Assembly: GCA_965223265.1 (NCBI GenBank)
Contig: OZ244999.1
Span: 2,304,001 to 2,368,000 of the forward strand
DNA length: 64,000 bases
Origin: Planctomycetota bacterium
Lineage (GTDB): Bacteria; Planctomycetota; UBA8108; SXIK01
Direction: 5' to 3'
The notes under the pieces are model-generated. The model made no database searches. It saw only the letters and a program-made list of their open reading frames with translations, and had not been told where the DNA came from. Every line of letters starts with the position of its first letter. Position 1 is the stretch's first letter. Position numbers and translations under genes: made by a program. Positions 1-10,703 of this stretch are shown here, in pieces.

Positions 1-1170
1 AGTCCCTCCGTCGGCGCCGATCCCTCGTTCGACGGCATCATCTGTATGGGGGGCGGTGATTGGTGGTATCACAACCGCGGCCACTATGACATGCGCATGA
101 TGACGGAACTGAGTGCGCGCCTACCGGTTCTCTACGTCAACTCGATCGGTGTGCGAATTCCTCGTTTGACGGAAGGCCGCATGTTTTTCACGCGCGTGCG
201 TCGAAAGCTCAAGAGCCTCCGGCGGGGGTTCCGACAGGTGAACGAGCGATTCGCGGTGTTCACGCCGTTCGCTGTTCCCGGTAGATTGGGCGTCGCTGTG
301 TCTCGGCGTTTGCTCGCGAGTCAGGTCGCACGAGCCGGCCGCAGGATTGGGATTCGGCGACCCCTCGTGTGGGTGACATGTCCGCCAGGAGCCGAAGTCG
401 TCCGGCGGTTGAACCCTCCGGCCGTTGTTTACCAGCGGACCGATCGCTGGGAGGCGTTCCCGAGCGCCGACGCCGAGCAGATCAAGCGCTACGATGCATT
501 CCTGAAATCTAGAGCGGACGTGACGCTTTATTGTTCGACGCTGCTGTTCGAAGAGGAGGCTGATCAGTGCCGACACGGTCTCTACCTCGATCACGGTGTC
601 GATTTCGACCGTTTCGCCGCTGCCGGGCGCGCTGAGAATGGTGCGCCGAGCGACGTCGATGCCCTGCCGCGGCCGCGCGTCGGTTTTATCGGCGGCATTG
701 ACGATCACACGTTTGACCCGCCGCTCTTCGCGAACGTCGCCCAGGAACTCTCTGACGTACAGTTCTTTCTTGTGGGCGCTTGCTCGCTTCCCGAGGGCTG
801 GTGCGAGCTGCCGAATGTGCATCTCCTCGGTCAGAGACCGTATGAGGATGTCCCTCAGTACATGGCTGCCGCTGACGTGCTGATCATGCCATGGAATCAG
901 AGTGAGTGGATCCAGGCCTGTAACCCCGTGAAGCTCAAAGAGTACCTCGCGGTCGCGCGGCCGATCGTCACGACGAGTTTTTACGAACTGCGGAACTACG
1001 ACGGCCTCGTCAGCGTTGCACGAGATGCCGGAGAATTCGCGCAGGCGATCCGCGCTGGGCTAGCGTCGCGCATCGATCCGGAGCTTCAGCGTCGTCGTGT
1101 GGAGAAGGAAACTTGGTCGGCCAAGTGCGATCGTCTGCTGGACTTTTTTACGTCTGCGAACTTGACGTAG
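1..1170 (+). CDS. Glycosyltransferase, GT-B fold (GT4/TuaH-like); probably 5'-truncated by the window edge
   Basis: ORF 46..1170 is open back to base 1. Motifs HGVDFDRF, PRVGFIG, NVHLLGQRPYEDVPQYM..ADVLIMP, NPVKLKEYLA.RPIVTT. Confidence 0.85.
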   Translation, partial: SPSVGADPSFDGIICMGGGDWWYHNRGHYDMRMMTELSARLPVLYVNSIGVRIPRLTEGRMFFTRVRRKLKSLRRGFRQVNERFAVFTPFAVPGRLGVAVSRRLLASQVARAGRRIGIRRPLVWVTCPPGAEVVRRLNPPAVVYQRTDRWEAFPSADAEQIKRYDAFLKSRADVTLYCSTLLFEEEADQCRHGLYLDHGVDFDRFAAAGRAENGAPSDVDALPRPRVGFIGGIDDHTFDPPLFANVAQELSDVQFFLVGACSLPEGWCELPNVHLLGQRPYEDVPQYMAAADVLIMPWNQSEWIQACNPVKLKEYLAVARPIVTTSFYELRNYDGLVSVARDAGEFAQAIRAGLASRIDPELQRRRVEKETWSAKCDRLLDFFTSANLT

Positions 1171-1422
1171 TTTTCTTGGCTGTAGGCCCAGATATTGCGC
1201 CGGTCGACAGTGCTGCGTCCAAACACCAACAAAGACCAGCAATCGATGGGCGAGTTCGCTGCGGAGACGGGGTATGGACGCAGCGCGTCCGTGTGAAGAG
1301 GAGGAGTTTTGGGGCCGAGGCGACTTCTGAGAAGGTGCGATTCCGCGTGCACGAGTCGCGACCATGCCTTACGATTGGCGTGGATTCGTGGTTCACTGGG
1401 AGTAAACCGGGACTATTTCACC

Positions 1423-4400
1423 ATGTTTTTTAGAAGTTCGCGTCGACAGCGACTCGCCGTGGCAATTCTGCTTACGGCGGTGTTCTCGTTTTTGGCTCAG
1501 CCTCCGGCGTGTCTTGCGCAGGGGCTTGTGATCTCAGAATTCATGGCTGCCAACGACATCGCCCTCTTCGACTCCGACGGCGACTCGTCGGACTGGGTCG
1601 AGGTCACCAACACGACGAATGCGCCGCTTGACCTTGATGGCTGGTCGCTTTCCGACAATCCTCAGCAGCTCAGGAAGTGGGTGTTTCCGCCGCTCGAACT
1701 CGCCGCGCGTGAGTCTCTTGTCGTTTTCGCCTCGTCGAAAGATCGACGCGCTCCGGGCAGTGAGCTGCACACGAATTTTAGGCTGAGCGGCGGCGGTGAG
1801 TTTCTGGCGCTTGTCGAGCCCAACGGCTCGACGATCGCGACTGAGTTTCGCCCGGAGTACCCGCAGCAGTTCGCGCACGCGTCTTACGGTTTTCCGATGC
1901 AGGTGGACGCAGTCGAGGCGCTCGGCAGTGGGCAGCTGTCCTACTTTGTGCCGCCGAACGACGACCTTGGAGCGTCGTGGATCGACGTCGGGTTCGATGA
2001 CACCGGATGGTCGAGCGGTGCGTTTCCTCTCGGGTTTGATTCAAAGGACACGCCGACGTTGGTGGTGAACACGGACGTCGGCGCCGAGATGCTCGAGGCG
2101 TCTGCGACGGCCTACGTTCGAATTCGTTTTGACGTCTCGGATCCAGCAGGACTCGACGCGTTGATTTTGAACATCAAATTCGACGATGGGTTTGTCGCGT
2201 ATCTGAATGGCCAGGAGGTTGCGCGGCGTCACGCGCCGCTCGAGCCCACAGCGGACGGTGCTGCCACGACAGAGGCGGCCGAGAACTCAGCGCTCTTCTT
2301 TGAACCGATCGATATCTCGACGTCGATCGGAAGCCTCCAGGCCAGCGGCAACGTCCTGGCGCTGTATGCGCTCAATCGCAGCCTGGCGAATCCTGACTTT
2401 TTCATCGACGCGGAACTGCATGGGCTGCGACTTCTCGGCGTTGACACGAGTACACCACGGTACTTTGAGCATCCGACACCTGGATGGCCGAACTCGAGTG
2501 GTGCTCCTGGTGTCGTTACAGAGCCACAGTTCTCCCATGTTGGTGCGGCGATTTCTGAACCGTTTTTCTTGGAAATCACAGCCGGCGATGGCGATCTCAT
2601 TCGGTTCACGACGGATCGAACCGAACCCACAGAGCTCTCCCCGCTCTACGAGGGACCGATTCGTATCGATGCGAGTATGGAGGTGAGGGCAAGGGCATTC
2701 GTCGCGGGCATGGTCCCGAGCCGGACAGTCCGAGAGGTGTTCGCCATGCTCGACGCAGACCTCGTCGACTTCAGCTCGGACCTACCGATCGTTGTTTTTA
2801 GCTCGTTCAGTGGACGGATCGAGCCGGTCGAGCCTGGAGACGGCCATCTGTTTATCTTCGAGCGTAGCGGCGATGGGAGGACGCGCTTGACACAACCGAC
2901 GGAGTTCGCGGGCGCTGGATTCATGCGGTCGCGGGGATCGAGTACCGCGCTGCATCCGAAGAAGTCGTGGCGGCTCGAGATCCGTGATGGGCGCGGCAAC
3001 GACCTGAACACTCCTGTTCTCGGCATGCCGGCTGAATCCGATTGGATTCTTTACGGTGCTCATCAGATTGATCCGTCGCTGATGCGCAACGCCTTCATGT
3101 ACGAGCTCAGCAATCAGATGGGACGGTATGCCGTGCGTGGACGTTTCTGCGAGGTGTTTCTGACCACGGTCACCAAAGATGTTGAACGTGCTGACTACGT
3201 CGGCGTTTACTCTTTTTTTGAGAAGGTGAAGCGGGATCCGGAGCGGATCGATATCGAGGCGTTGCGCGTCGATCACAACACCGAACCCGAAGTGAGCGGT
3301 GGGTACATCTTGAAGTTCGATCGCGGCGGCCCAGACGATCGACAGATCGACGCCGGGGGCGCGTCGCCTCTCGTCGTCTACCCGGAATCCGACGTGGTCA
3401 CGGATGCCCAGATTGATTGGATCACCGCATACATCGACTCGTTTGCCGCGTCATTCGATCTCCCTGGTTCGTTGGATCCCAGCTTGCCGGTTTTGCAAAA
3501 GCCCTACGCCGACTTCATCGATGTGGGCTCGTGGATCGATCACCACCTCTTGCAGGAGCTTTCGCGGAATTCCGACGCGCTGTCGCTGAGTACGTTCTTC
3601 TACAAAGACCGAGGCGGCAAGATGGTGAAAGGGCCGATCTGGGACTTTGATCGAGCTGTCGGGGCAGCGAGCACAGGAACATCGGTTCCGGAAGGATGGC
3701 AGTGCAATTTCGCTCACTCGTGGTGGGGGCAGATGTTTCGAGATCCTCTCTTTTGGCAGACCTACAAGGAGCGTTACCTTGAGCTGCGTACGAGTTCGTG
3801 GCGAACGGCGAATTTCGCTGCGATCCTAGACCAGTTCGAAACGGAAGTGGCCGAGGCCCAAGCGCGCAATTTCGACCATTGGGGGCACGAAGTGATCGAC
3901 CACGGATCGTGGGCTGGCGAAATCGAGTACTTGCGTGGGTGGCTTGCTGACCGCACTGCGTGGATGGACGCGCAGTTCATTTCGGCGCCGGTGTTCAGCA
4001 CTCCGCCCGGCCTCGTCGCCGCCGGAACCGAGGTGAACATCACGGTTGATGATAGTCTGCCGGGATTGAACTGCGAAGAGTTTCGCGACATCGTCTTGCC
4101 GCAGCAAGGGGAAGTTTATTACACGACGAACGGAGCCGATCCGCGTGGTGCCGACTTCGCGCCAGACCCGAGCGCTGTGCTTTACACGGGTGAGCCGCTG
4201 CAGGTCAACGACGATACACTTTTCCGCGCCCGGACCCTGGACGGCGGCGGCTGGAGCCGTCTTGCCGAAGCTGGCTACGTCACGTCGCTAGCGCCGCTCG
4301 TCGTCACCGAGGTGATGTACAACCCGGCGGTTAAGCCCGAGGACAATTTTGGTGCCAGCAATTTTGAGTTCGTCGAACTACAGAACGTCGGCGACGTACC

Positions 4401-5082
4401 GGTATCGCTCGTCGGAGTCGAACTCGCCGCGGTGGGTGTGACGTTTGACGGAATGGATGTGTTCGGTGGCGAGTTGTTGACCTTGGCGCCCGGAGGGTAC
4501 GTGGTCGTTGTCCGTAATGTTGAAGCCTTCACCGCGCGCTACGGCAGCGATGGGATCAGGATCGGCAGTACCTTTGCCGCCGGAAAGACGCTGTCGAACT
4601 CCGAGCAAGAGCTGGCGGTGACCGGGGCGTTTGGCGAGGACTTACTTCGCTTTCGCTACTTGGACGATTGGCAACCCACAACGGACGGCGGCGGCTATTC
4701 GTTAGTGATTCTCGATCCCACCGCGCCGCGAGAGAGCTGGGCCGACGGATCCAGTTGGCGAGCGAGCAGCAGTATCGACGGTTCTCCAGGCCGGGCCGAT
4801 CCGGTGCCGGACAGCCTGCAGCTTCCCGCCGACATCAATCAAGACCGCAAGCTTGATCTCTCCGACCCGATTGCGCTTCTCGCGCATCTGTTCCGGGGCA
4901 TCCAGAGCCGGCCATGCGCGACGGATGAGGCCAACGACTTGCTCAACGACTCCAACGGCGACAGCACGGTCGATCTTGCCGATGCGACCTACACGCTGCT
5001 GCATTTGTTTGCGTCCGGACCACCGCCGACGCTCGGCAGTGGGTGCGTGCCAATCGAGGGCTGCCCGTCTCTATGTGAGTGA
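1423..5082 (+). CDS. Secreted CotH-kinase family protein with lamin-tail domains, CHB/Fn3-associated domains and a C-terminal dockerin-like repeat
   Basis: Signal peptide after ATG 1423. Lamin-tail VISEFMAAN..DSSDWVE; CotH motifs RGSST..PKKSWRL, DPSLMRN, YVGVY..EKVKR, GPIWDFD; dockerin DINQDRKLDLSD / DSNGDSTVDLAD. Confidence 0.85.
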   Translation: MFFRSSRRQRLAVAILLTAVFSFLAQPPACLAQGLVISEFMAANDIALFDSDGDSSDWVEVTNTTNAPLDLDGWSLSDNPQQLRKWVFPPLELAARESLVVFASSKDRRAPGSELHTNFRLSGGGEFLALVEPNGSTIATEFRPEYPQQFAHASYGFPMQVDAVEALGSGQLSYFVPPNDDLGASWIDVGFDDTGWSSGAFPLGFDSKDTPTLVVNTDVGAEMLEASATAYVRIRFDVSDPAGLDALILNIKFDDGFVAYLNGQEVARRHAPLEPTADGAATTEAAENSALFFEPIDISTSIGSLQASGNVLALYALNRSLANPDFFIDAELHGLRLLGVDTSTPRYFEHPTPGWPNSSGAPGVVTEPQFSHVGAAISEPFFLEITAGDGDLIRFTTDRTEPTELSPLYEGPIRIDASMEVRARAFVAGMVPSRTVREVFAMLDADLVDFSSDLPIVVFSSFSGRIEPVEPGDGHLFIFERSGDGRTRLTQPTEFAGAGFMRSRGSSTALHPKKSWRLEIRDGRGNDLNTPVLGMPAESDWILYGAHQIDPSLMRNAFMYELSNQMGRYAVRGRFCEVFLTTVTKDVERADYVGVYSFFEKVKRDPERIDIEALRVDHNTEPEVSGGYILKFDRGGPDDRQIDAGGASPLVVYPESDVVTDAQIDWITAYIDSFAASFDLPGSLDPSLPVLQKPYADFIDVGSWIDHHLLQELSRNSDALSLSTFFYKDRGGKMVKGPIWDFDRAVGAASTGTSVPEGWQCNFAHSWWGQMFRDPLFWQTYKERYLELRTSSWRTANFAAILDQFETEVAEAQARNFDHWGHEVIDHGSWAGEIEYLRGWLADRTAWMDAQFISAPVFSTPPGLVAAGTEVNITVDDSLPGLNCEEFRDIVLPQQGEVYYTTNGADPRGADFAPDPSAVLYTGEPLQVNDDTLFRARTLDGGGWSRLAEAGYVTSLAPLVVTEVMYNPAVKPEDNFGASNFEFVELQNVGDVPVSLVGVELAAVGVTFDGMDVFGGELLTLAPGGYVVVVRNVEAFTARYGSDGIRIGSTFAAGKTLSNSEQELAVTGAFGEDLLRFRYLDDWQPTTDGGGYSLVILDPTAPRESWADGSSWRASSSIDGSPGRADPVPDSLQLPADINQDRKLDLSDPIALLAHLFRGIQSRPCATDEANDLLNDSNGDSTVDLADATYTLLHLFASGPPPTLGSGCVPIEGCPSLCE

Positions 5083-5094
5083 AAGACTGTTTAG

Positions 5095-8000
5095 GTGGAC
5101 TCGATGATGCGTAACCAGGTAGCCGCACTTTTTGTCTTGACGTTGTTCGCGTTGAGCGCGTTCCTTCATGAAGAGCTCCGCGCGGCCGACTGTAATGGTA
5201 ACTTCGTCGAAGATGCCAACGACATCGCGTCCGGCGACAGCCTGGACTGTAACGTCAACAGCGTGCCGGATGAGTGCGAAGGAGCGCCTCCTACGTTCGA
5301 TTCGGCGACGTCGTTGATCGCCCCGGGCGTCGGCTCGGATTCGGTGATTGCTGACTTCGACGGCGACGAGCGACCCGATCTTATGCTCGGATTCCGCGGT
5401 GGTTTCTCTGTTCGACTCAGCAGCACGGGTGGCGATTTTGTCGACCGTGAGGACGTCGTCTACGAGGCCGGCGGGCCGACACGCCGCAGTTGGCGAAGCG
5501 GAGACATCGACGGTGACGGTGATTTGGATCTGGTGACGATCGATTTCGCCGGTTTGCTCTTCTACTTCAACGATGGTGGCGGGGCTTTCAACGAATCGCG
5601 ATCGATCGCCAGCGACGGCGTCGGGCGGTTCGTCGTCGTCGACTTGAATGCGGACGCGGTGGCGGACATCGTCGCGGCCTTCCCGCGGCAGAACATCGTC
5701 GGCGTTTTTACGGCGCTCGGCGGCGGTGACTTTTCCGCGCGGGTCGACCATGCCGTCGGTGACAACCCTGTGGCCATCGTCGCTGGCGAGTTCGATGGTG
5801 TGGCTGGTGCCGACGTTGGCGTGCTCAGCACCGATGCGCGTGTGGTGACGATCTTCGCCAACGACGGCGCTGGCCGGTTGGTGGCTTCGGCCTCGGTTCC
5901 GGTCGCAAGGGACCCGACAGATGTCTTCGTGGCGGAGGATTTCAACGGTGATGGGTTCACCGACTTCGTCGTCGGTAGGAATTCGTTCGCACTTCTCTTC
6001 GAGAATGATGGCGCTGGCGGTTTTGTCGTGCCGCCCCAGGAGCTGACCTCCGACGCGGAGACAGTCGTCGCGATGGGCGCCGGCGACACCGACGGTGATG
6101 GTGACATCGACCTCGTCGCGCGCTTCGTCGAGCCGTCTCGGGAAGTGCAGTTTTATCTCAACCAAGGTGACGGCGTATTCAATCGAGGCCTGTCGGTGAA
6201 TCTTGTGGCTTCGACGACCTCGATTCGCGTTCAGGATCTCAGTGGAGACTCCGTGAGCGATGTGGTGATGGTCGGCTCTACGGTCAAAGAAGTGGTGGTC
6301 CTTTGGAACTCGCAGGATGAGACTCGCTTGCCTTTGTTGACTCCCCAAACCTACGAGGTTCTCGGGGAGCCCCACACGGCCGACCTAGGTGACATGGATG
6401 GCGACGGTGACCTCGATATCGTCACCGGAAACAACAACGACAACACGATCTCGGTCCTCTTGAACCAAGGCGACGGTACGTTTGTGCCGCGGCTAGATCG
6501 ACTTTCGCTGCAGTCGTTCTCGCTCGCATTGGCCGACCTAAACGGCGACGGTGCGCTCGATATCGCATCGGTAAACGCTGCACAGGCTGTTCATATCTTC
6601 TTGAACGACGGAACGTCGACAATGGGTGAGCCGGAGAAATATATCGTCGGTAGCAATGCCTTTCACATTCTTGTCGACGATCTGAACGGCGACGGCTCGG
6701 GTGACGTGGTGACGACGAATCGCGGCAGCAGTTCGATCTCTCTTCTCATGAATGCCGGCGATGGCACATTTTCCGATCGGAATGACTATCCTGTTGGTAG
6801 CGATCCGCGCGCTGCGGTTGCGGCGGATCTCGATCGCGACGGTTCCGTGGACATCGCGGTCGCCAGTCATGGCGCCGGCGCCGTCTATCGTCTTCTCAAC
6901 GACGGAAGCGGAGCTTTGGGAGTCGCGGAACAGTTTCCGATCGCCGATCGACCGAACTTCATCGCCGCCGGTGATTTTGACAACGACGGACATGTCGATC
7001 TGCTCACGGGGAGTGAACTCGGGTCCAGCGTCAATCCGCTCTGGAACGTCGGGGATGGAAGTGCCAACTTCGAGGTTGGCGCACGCGTCCGAACGAATAA
7101 CTCACCCTACTCGCTGACCACGGCCGACTACAACGAAGACGGGTTCGTCGACGTTGTCAGTGTTGCCGAGGTCGCCGATCGCGACGGGAACAGCAGTGTG
7201 GCTCTGATGCTGAACCGCGGCGATCGTGGCTTCAAGGCGCCGCTGAGCTTGCGCGCCGGCGTCGGGCCGCGTTACGTGCTCTCGGGAGACATCGACGCTG
7301 ACGGCGACATCGACATCATCAGCGCCAATCGATTGTCGCAGGACGTCACCGTCTTTCTCAGCGGTGTTGCGGAGAGTGCGACCGTCACGCATTTGAGCGA
7401 AGTCTGCACAGAGTCTGACTATTTCAGTATTTCATTGCCGACGAGTCGCAGCACGAACCGTCGTCGCATTGGCAAGTACGTCGCACCGTCACGCGATGGT
7501 GAGGGGTTGCTTGGCCCTCTGTTTCAAAACGCGAACACGTTCGAGTTGCACGAGGAGTTTCTCGGGACGGTATTCCCCGAGGAGTTTGGTTTTGTGCTGG
7601 AGGACCCGGCGGCGTACGACGACCTTGTGGGCCGGCGCGCAACGCGAGACTACTACGTCGGGACGCTGGATCTCCGCCAGCGTCCTGAGGGTTTTCTCTA
7701 CACGTTCAACATTTTCGCGGACACGGGTTTTGACAGCCGCGAGACGCTGAGCCAAGAGGAAGTGGGTTCGGTGTTCGAGCGTTTGAGCGCGTCTTTTTCG
7801 CTGCGTCCACTGGCGTACGCCCCTGAGACGCAGCTGGCAAAGGCAGCTGCAGAGGAGTGGGAGTCGGCACCGTTTCCGATTTTCTTTGACGACTCCCGTC
7901 CAGCGTTCGACTACGAGGCTTACACGCTGTCTGTGGGCTACGGTCGAGTGCGTTTGCTGACGCTGGAGGAGTTTTCGGAGCTGAACTCAGCGGGCCGTTT

Positions 8001-10581
8001 CACGTTTCAGGACATTTTGGTGATCGACGAGTCGCCTGCAGATATCGAAGGTGTGGTGGGCGGTGTGATCACGGGCACGATTCAGGGCGAGCTGAGCCAC
8101 GTGGCGATCCGCACGGCGCGGCGCGGGACCCCGAACGCTTTTGTAGCGAACGCTCGCGAGGAGTTTTCGCAGTACGCCGGTGAGCTGGTGCGCCTGGAGG
8201 TGTTCCCGGGAGAGCACTTTGTGACGGTGGTGGACGCATCGGAAGCGGAGGAGTTTTGGTCTCAGAACCGCCGGGAGCTGTCGAGCGACCCTGAGATCGA
8301 CACGGAGTACCGCGGTTTTGACGATCTTTTTGAGCTGGACGTGGAGGCTTTCGGTGGTCGCCCTGAGTCTCGCTACGGTGGCAAGGCGTCGAACTTCGCG
8401 CGTCTGCAGCGGGTGCTGACAGGCGAGCTGTCGCAGTATGTGGAGTCCGGTTTTGCGATCCCGGCGTCGTACTACACGGAGTTTATGAGCACGAACGAGG
8501 TAGAGCTTGGCGGGCGGAGTCTGACGTACGAAGAGTGGCTGTTTGAGCTTTTGTCGGACCCGTCGATCGAGAGCGACTCTCAGGCTCGCTTTGAAGCCCT
8601 GGAGGAGTTTCGCTCGTTTGTGCGTGCGAACGGCGCAGTGGATAGCGAACTGGTGTCGCTCCTGGCGTCGCGGATCGAGAGCGTTTTCGGCGATGTTCGG
8701 CGTATGGTGCGGTTTCGCTCGTCGTCGAACGTAGAGGACGCCCTGGAGTTCAACGGTGCGGGCCTTTATGAGTCGACGTCTGTGTGCGCTCAGGACACGC
8801 TGGATCCAGCGAGCCCGGACAGCTCTCACTGCGATGCGAGCCGCAGCAATGAGCGGACGATTGAGCGTGCGCTGAAGAAGGTTTGGGCGAGCCTGTGGAC
8901 GTTCCGGGCGCATGAGGAGCGGACGTTTTACCAGATTGACCCGTCGCGCGCGGCGATGGGTATTTTGGTGTCGCGAGCGTTTTTGGACGAGTTGGCGAAC
9001 GGAGTGGCGTTCACAGGGAATCCACGCGACGTGGGCGACAAGCGCTACGTGGTGACGGCGCAGGCGGGTGAGGCGAGCGTAGTGAGCCCTGAGCCTGGTA
9101 CGACGGTAGAGCGCAGCGTTCTGGAGCTTGACGAGAGCGGTGAGGTGGTGCGGGTGATCCGCAGCCGCGCGTCGTCGCTTGTGGAGCCTGGTGAAGTGGT
9201 GCTGAGCGAGGAGAAGCTTCGCGAGCTTGGCTCCCTGATGTGGCATGTGGATCAGAGGCTGCCGCTGGACCTTGAGGGTCACGCGCGCGAGGAGGTGATC
9301 CTGGACTTTGAGTTCAAGGTGGAGCCTGACGGTTCGTTGGCTGTGAAGCAGGTGCGTCCTTTTTTGATCCCGAGCGCGTCGATCCAGACGCCGACGTTTT
9401 CGCTGGAGGTTCCGGCCGGTACGCGGGTGTGCGGAGTGTTTTCGGCTGAGCGTGTGAACCGTGAGCCTCGTGTGGAGTATGAGACGAAGAGCGTTGTGGA
9501 GCTGCGGGCGGGAGTGTACGAGCTGGCGACGTCAGGCGGAGTGATCGAGGCGGACTTGATCGAATCGCTACGCTTTGGCTCGGAGCGCTCGCTAGCGCAG
9601 CCGCTGGGCCCCGGGCGCTTCACTGTGACGCCGATCCCCGAGGAGGGTAGCCGGACGAACTACCGCTTCAGCTACGAGCAGGAGTTCGAGCTGGCAGCGG
9701 ATGGGAGCACGTACGCCGGGGGGCGTCTTTTGGTGCAGATTCTGCAGCTGGACTACCTCGGTCGCGGTGAGGTGGCGCTGGACGGCGCGAAGGTGCTGGA
9801 CGATGAGTTTTTGACGTTCGATCTGGTGATGGGGGCCTCAGTGGACGGTGAGCCTCTGGTGGGCTACTCCTCGTGCAGTTACCGTGAGCTACCTCGCTGG
9901 GAGCTGTCGGTGGATCTTGGCGGTGGTTCGCGGGTGGATCTGGTGGAGCGGTTTTTGCCGTCAGAGAACCTGGCGGCGACAGGCCCCGCGAGCTTGGTGG
10001 AGGCGGTGGTGGAGCTTGGTGGAGTGCGCCAATCGACGCGCGACTACTGGCGCCTGGTGTACACGGCGCGTCGTCACAACCTGGATGCTCGCTACTGGGT
10101 GGAGCTGGATCCGTTGGTGGAGGTTGAGGTGCAGGGCGAGCCGCGGGCGGTTCGGGTGGTGGAGCTTTTGGCGCCGGAGCCGCCGATCGGTGAGGATGTG
10201 GACGTGGGCTCGGCGCGGGTGCGTTACCTCGATGAGAACCTGGAGGTGCTCGTGGACCGGGGAGTGGTTGGCTTCGCGAAGTCGGAGCGGGAGGTGGAGC
10301 CCGGAGAGCGCTTTGTGCGCGGCGACGTGGAGGGCGACGGTCGAGTGGATGTGAGCGACGCGATCGCGCTGCTCAGTTATCTGTTCAAGCGCGGTGCGGT
10401 GCCGAGCTGTCAGAAGGCGGCCGACGCCGACGACAGCGGTCGCCTGAACGTCAGCGACGCGGTGACAGTGCTGCTGTCGCTCTTTGCCGGCACCGGGCCG
10501 CTGCCGCCGCCGGCGAGCGTTTGCGGCGAAGACCCTACCAGCGACGCCCTCTCGTGTGAGACGTTTGCCCTGTGCGAGTAA
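5095..10581 (+). CDS. Secreted FG-GAP/VCBS repeat protein with phospho-His domain, PPDK-type ATP-grasp (PEP/pyruvate-binding N) domain and C-terminal dockerin
   Basis: Signal peptide; DCNGN..DCNVNSVPDECE motif; many DxDGDGxxD repeats; GELSHVAIRTAR; YGGKASN, RFRSSSNVED..GAGLYES, KVWASLW, NGVAFT, DFEFK, KQVRP; RGDVEGDGRVDVSD dockerin. Confidence 0.85.
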   Translation: MDSMMRNQVAALFVLTLFALSAFLHEELRAADCNGNFVEDANDIASGDSLDCNVNSVPDECEGAPPTFDSATSLIAPGVGSDSVIADFDGDERPDLMLGFRGGFSVRLSSTGGDFVDREDVVYEAGGPTRRSWRSGDIDGDGDLDLVTIDFAGLLFYFNDGGGAFNESRSIASDGVGRFVVVDLNADAVADIVAAFPRQNIVGVFTALGGGDFSARVDHAVGDNPVAIVAGEFDGVAGADVGVLSTDARVVTIFANDGAGRLVASASVPVARDPTDVFVAEDFNGDGFTDFVVGRNSFALLFENDGAGGFVVPPQELTSDAETVVAMGAGDTDGDGDIDLVARFVEPSREVQFYLNQGDGVFNRGLSVNLVASTTSIRVQDLSGDSVSDVVMVGSTVKEVVVLWNSQDETRLPLLTPQTYEVLGEPHTADLGDMDGDGDLDIVTGNNNDNTISVLLNQGDGTFVPRLDRLSLQSFSLALADLNGDGALDIASVNAAQAVHIFLNDGTSTMGEPEKYIVGSNAFHILVDDLNGDGSGDVVTTNRGSSSISLLMNAGDGTFSDRNDYPVGSDPRAAVAADLDRDGSVDIAVASHGAGAVYRLLNDGSGALGVAEQFPIADRPNFIAAGDFDNDGHVDLLTGSELGSSVNPLWNVGDGSANFEVGARVRTNNSPYSLTTADYNEDGFVDVVSVAEVADRDGNSSVALMLNRGDRGFKAPLSLRAGVGPRYVLSGDIDADGDIDIISANRLSQDVTVFLSGVAESATVTHLSEVCTESDYFSISLPTSRSTNRRRIGKYVAPSRDGEGLLGPLFQNANTFELHEEFLGTVFPEEFGFVLEDPAAYDDLVGRRATRDYYVGTLDLRQRPEGFLYTFNIFADTGFDSRETLSQEEVGSVFERLSASFSLRPLAYAPETQLAKAAAEEWESAPFPIFFDDSRPAFDYEAYTLSVGYGRVRLLTLEEFSELNSAGRFTFQDILVIDESPADIEGVVGGVITGTIQGELSHVAIRTARRGTPNAFVANAREEFSQYAGELVRLEVFPGEHFVTVVDASEAEEFWSQNRRELSSDPEIDTEYRGFDDLFELDVEAFGGRPESRYGGKASNFARLQRVLTGELSQYVESGFAIPASYYTEFMSTNEVELGGRSLTYEEWLFELLSDPSIESDSQARFEALEEFRSFVRANGAVDSELVSLLASRIESVFGDVRRMVRFRSSSNVEDALEFNGAGLYESTSVCAQDTLDPASPDSSHCDASRSNERTIERALKKVWASLWTFRAHEERTFYQIDPSRAAMGILVSRAFLDELANGVAFTGNPRDVGDKRYVVTAQAGEASVVSPEPGTTVERSVLELDESGEVVRVIRSRASSLVEPGEVVLSEEKLRELGSLMWHVDQRLPLDLEGHAREEVILDFEFKVEPDGSLAVKQVRPFLIPSASIQTPTFSLEVPAGTRVCGVFSAERVNREPRVEYETKSVVELRAGVYELATSGGVIEADLIESLRFGSERSLAQPLGPGRFTVTPIPEEGSRTNYRFSYEQEFELAADGSTYAGGRLLVQILQLDYLGRGEVALDGAKVLDDEFLTFDLVMGASVDGEPLVGYSSCSYRELPRWELSVDLGGGSRVDLVERFLPSENLAATGPASLVEAVVELGGVRQSTRDYWRLVYTARRHNLDARYWVELDPLVEVEVQGEPRAVRVVELLAPEPPIGEDVDVGSARVRYLDENLEVLVDRGVVGFAKSEREVEPGERFVRGDVEGDGRVDVSDAIALLSYLFKRGAVPSCQKAADADDSGRLNVSDAVTVLLSLFAGTGPLPPPASVCGEDPTSDALSCETFALCE
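7405..10581 (+). repeat. Copy 1 of a 3177-bp near-identical coding module (dikinase-like domains plus dockerin)
   Basis: Aligns to 13386..16562 at a constant offset of 5981; about 8 amino-acid differences seen by eye. Confidence 0.95.
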
Positions 10582-10703
10582 TTCCGAGGAACACGGGGGC
10601 GGTGTGAACGAGACTACCGTTCCTGCGACGCACTCCGATTCCCGCACGTCGCCAGATAGCCGGCAGGCGCTCACTCTGCCTGTAGCGCGTGACGCGCAAC
10701 TGT

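Noticed and set aside
7987-9282. Long antisense ORFs (also 5071..6375, 13968..15263, 17078..18469, 35691..36968, 56324..57520)
   Set aside because: Shadows of well-supported genes on the opposite strand in GC-rich DNA; no recognisable motifs.
5095-10581. Annotation as ppsA/ppdK
   Set aside because: Signal peptide, reversed domain order and no PEP-binding barrel.
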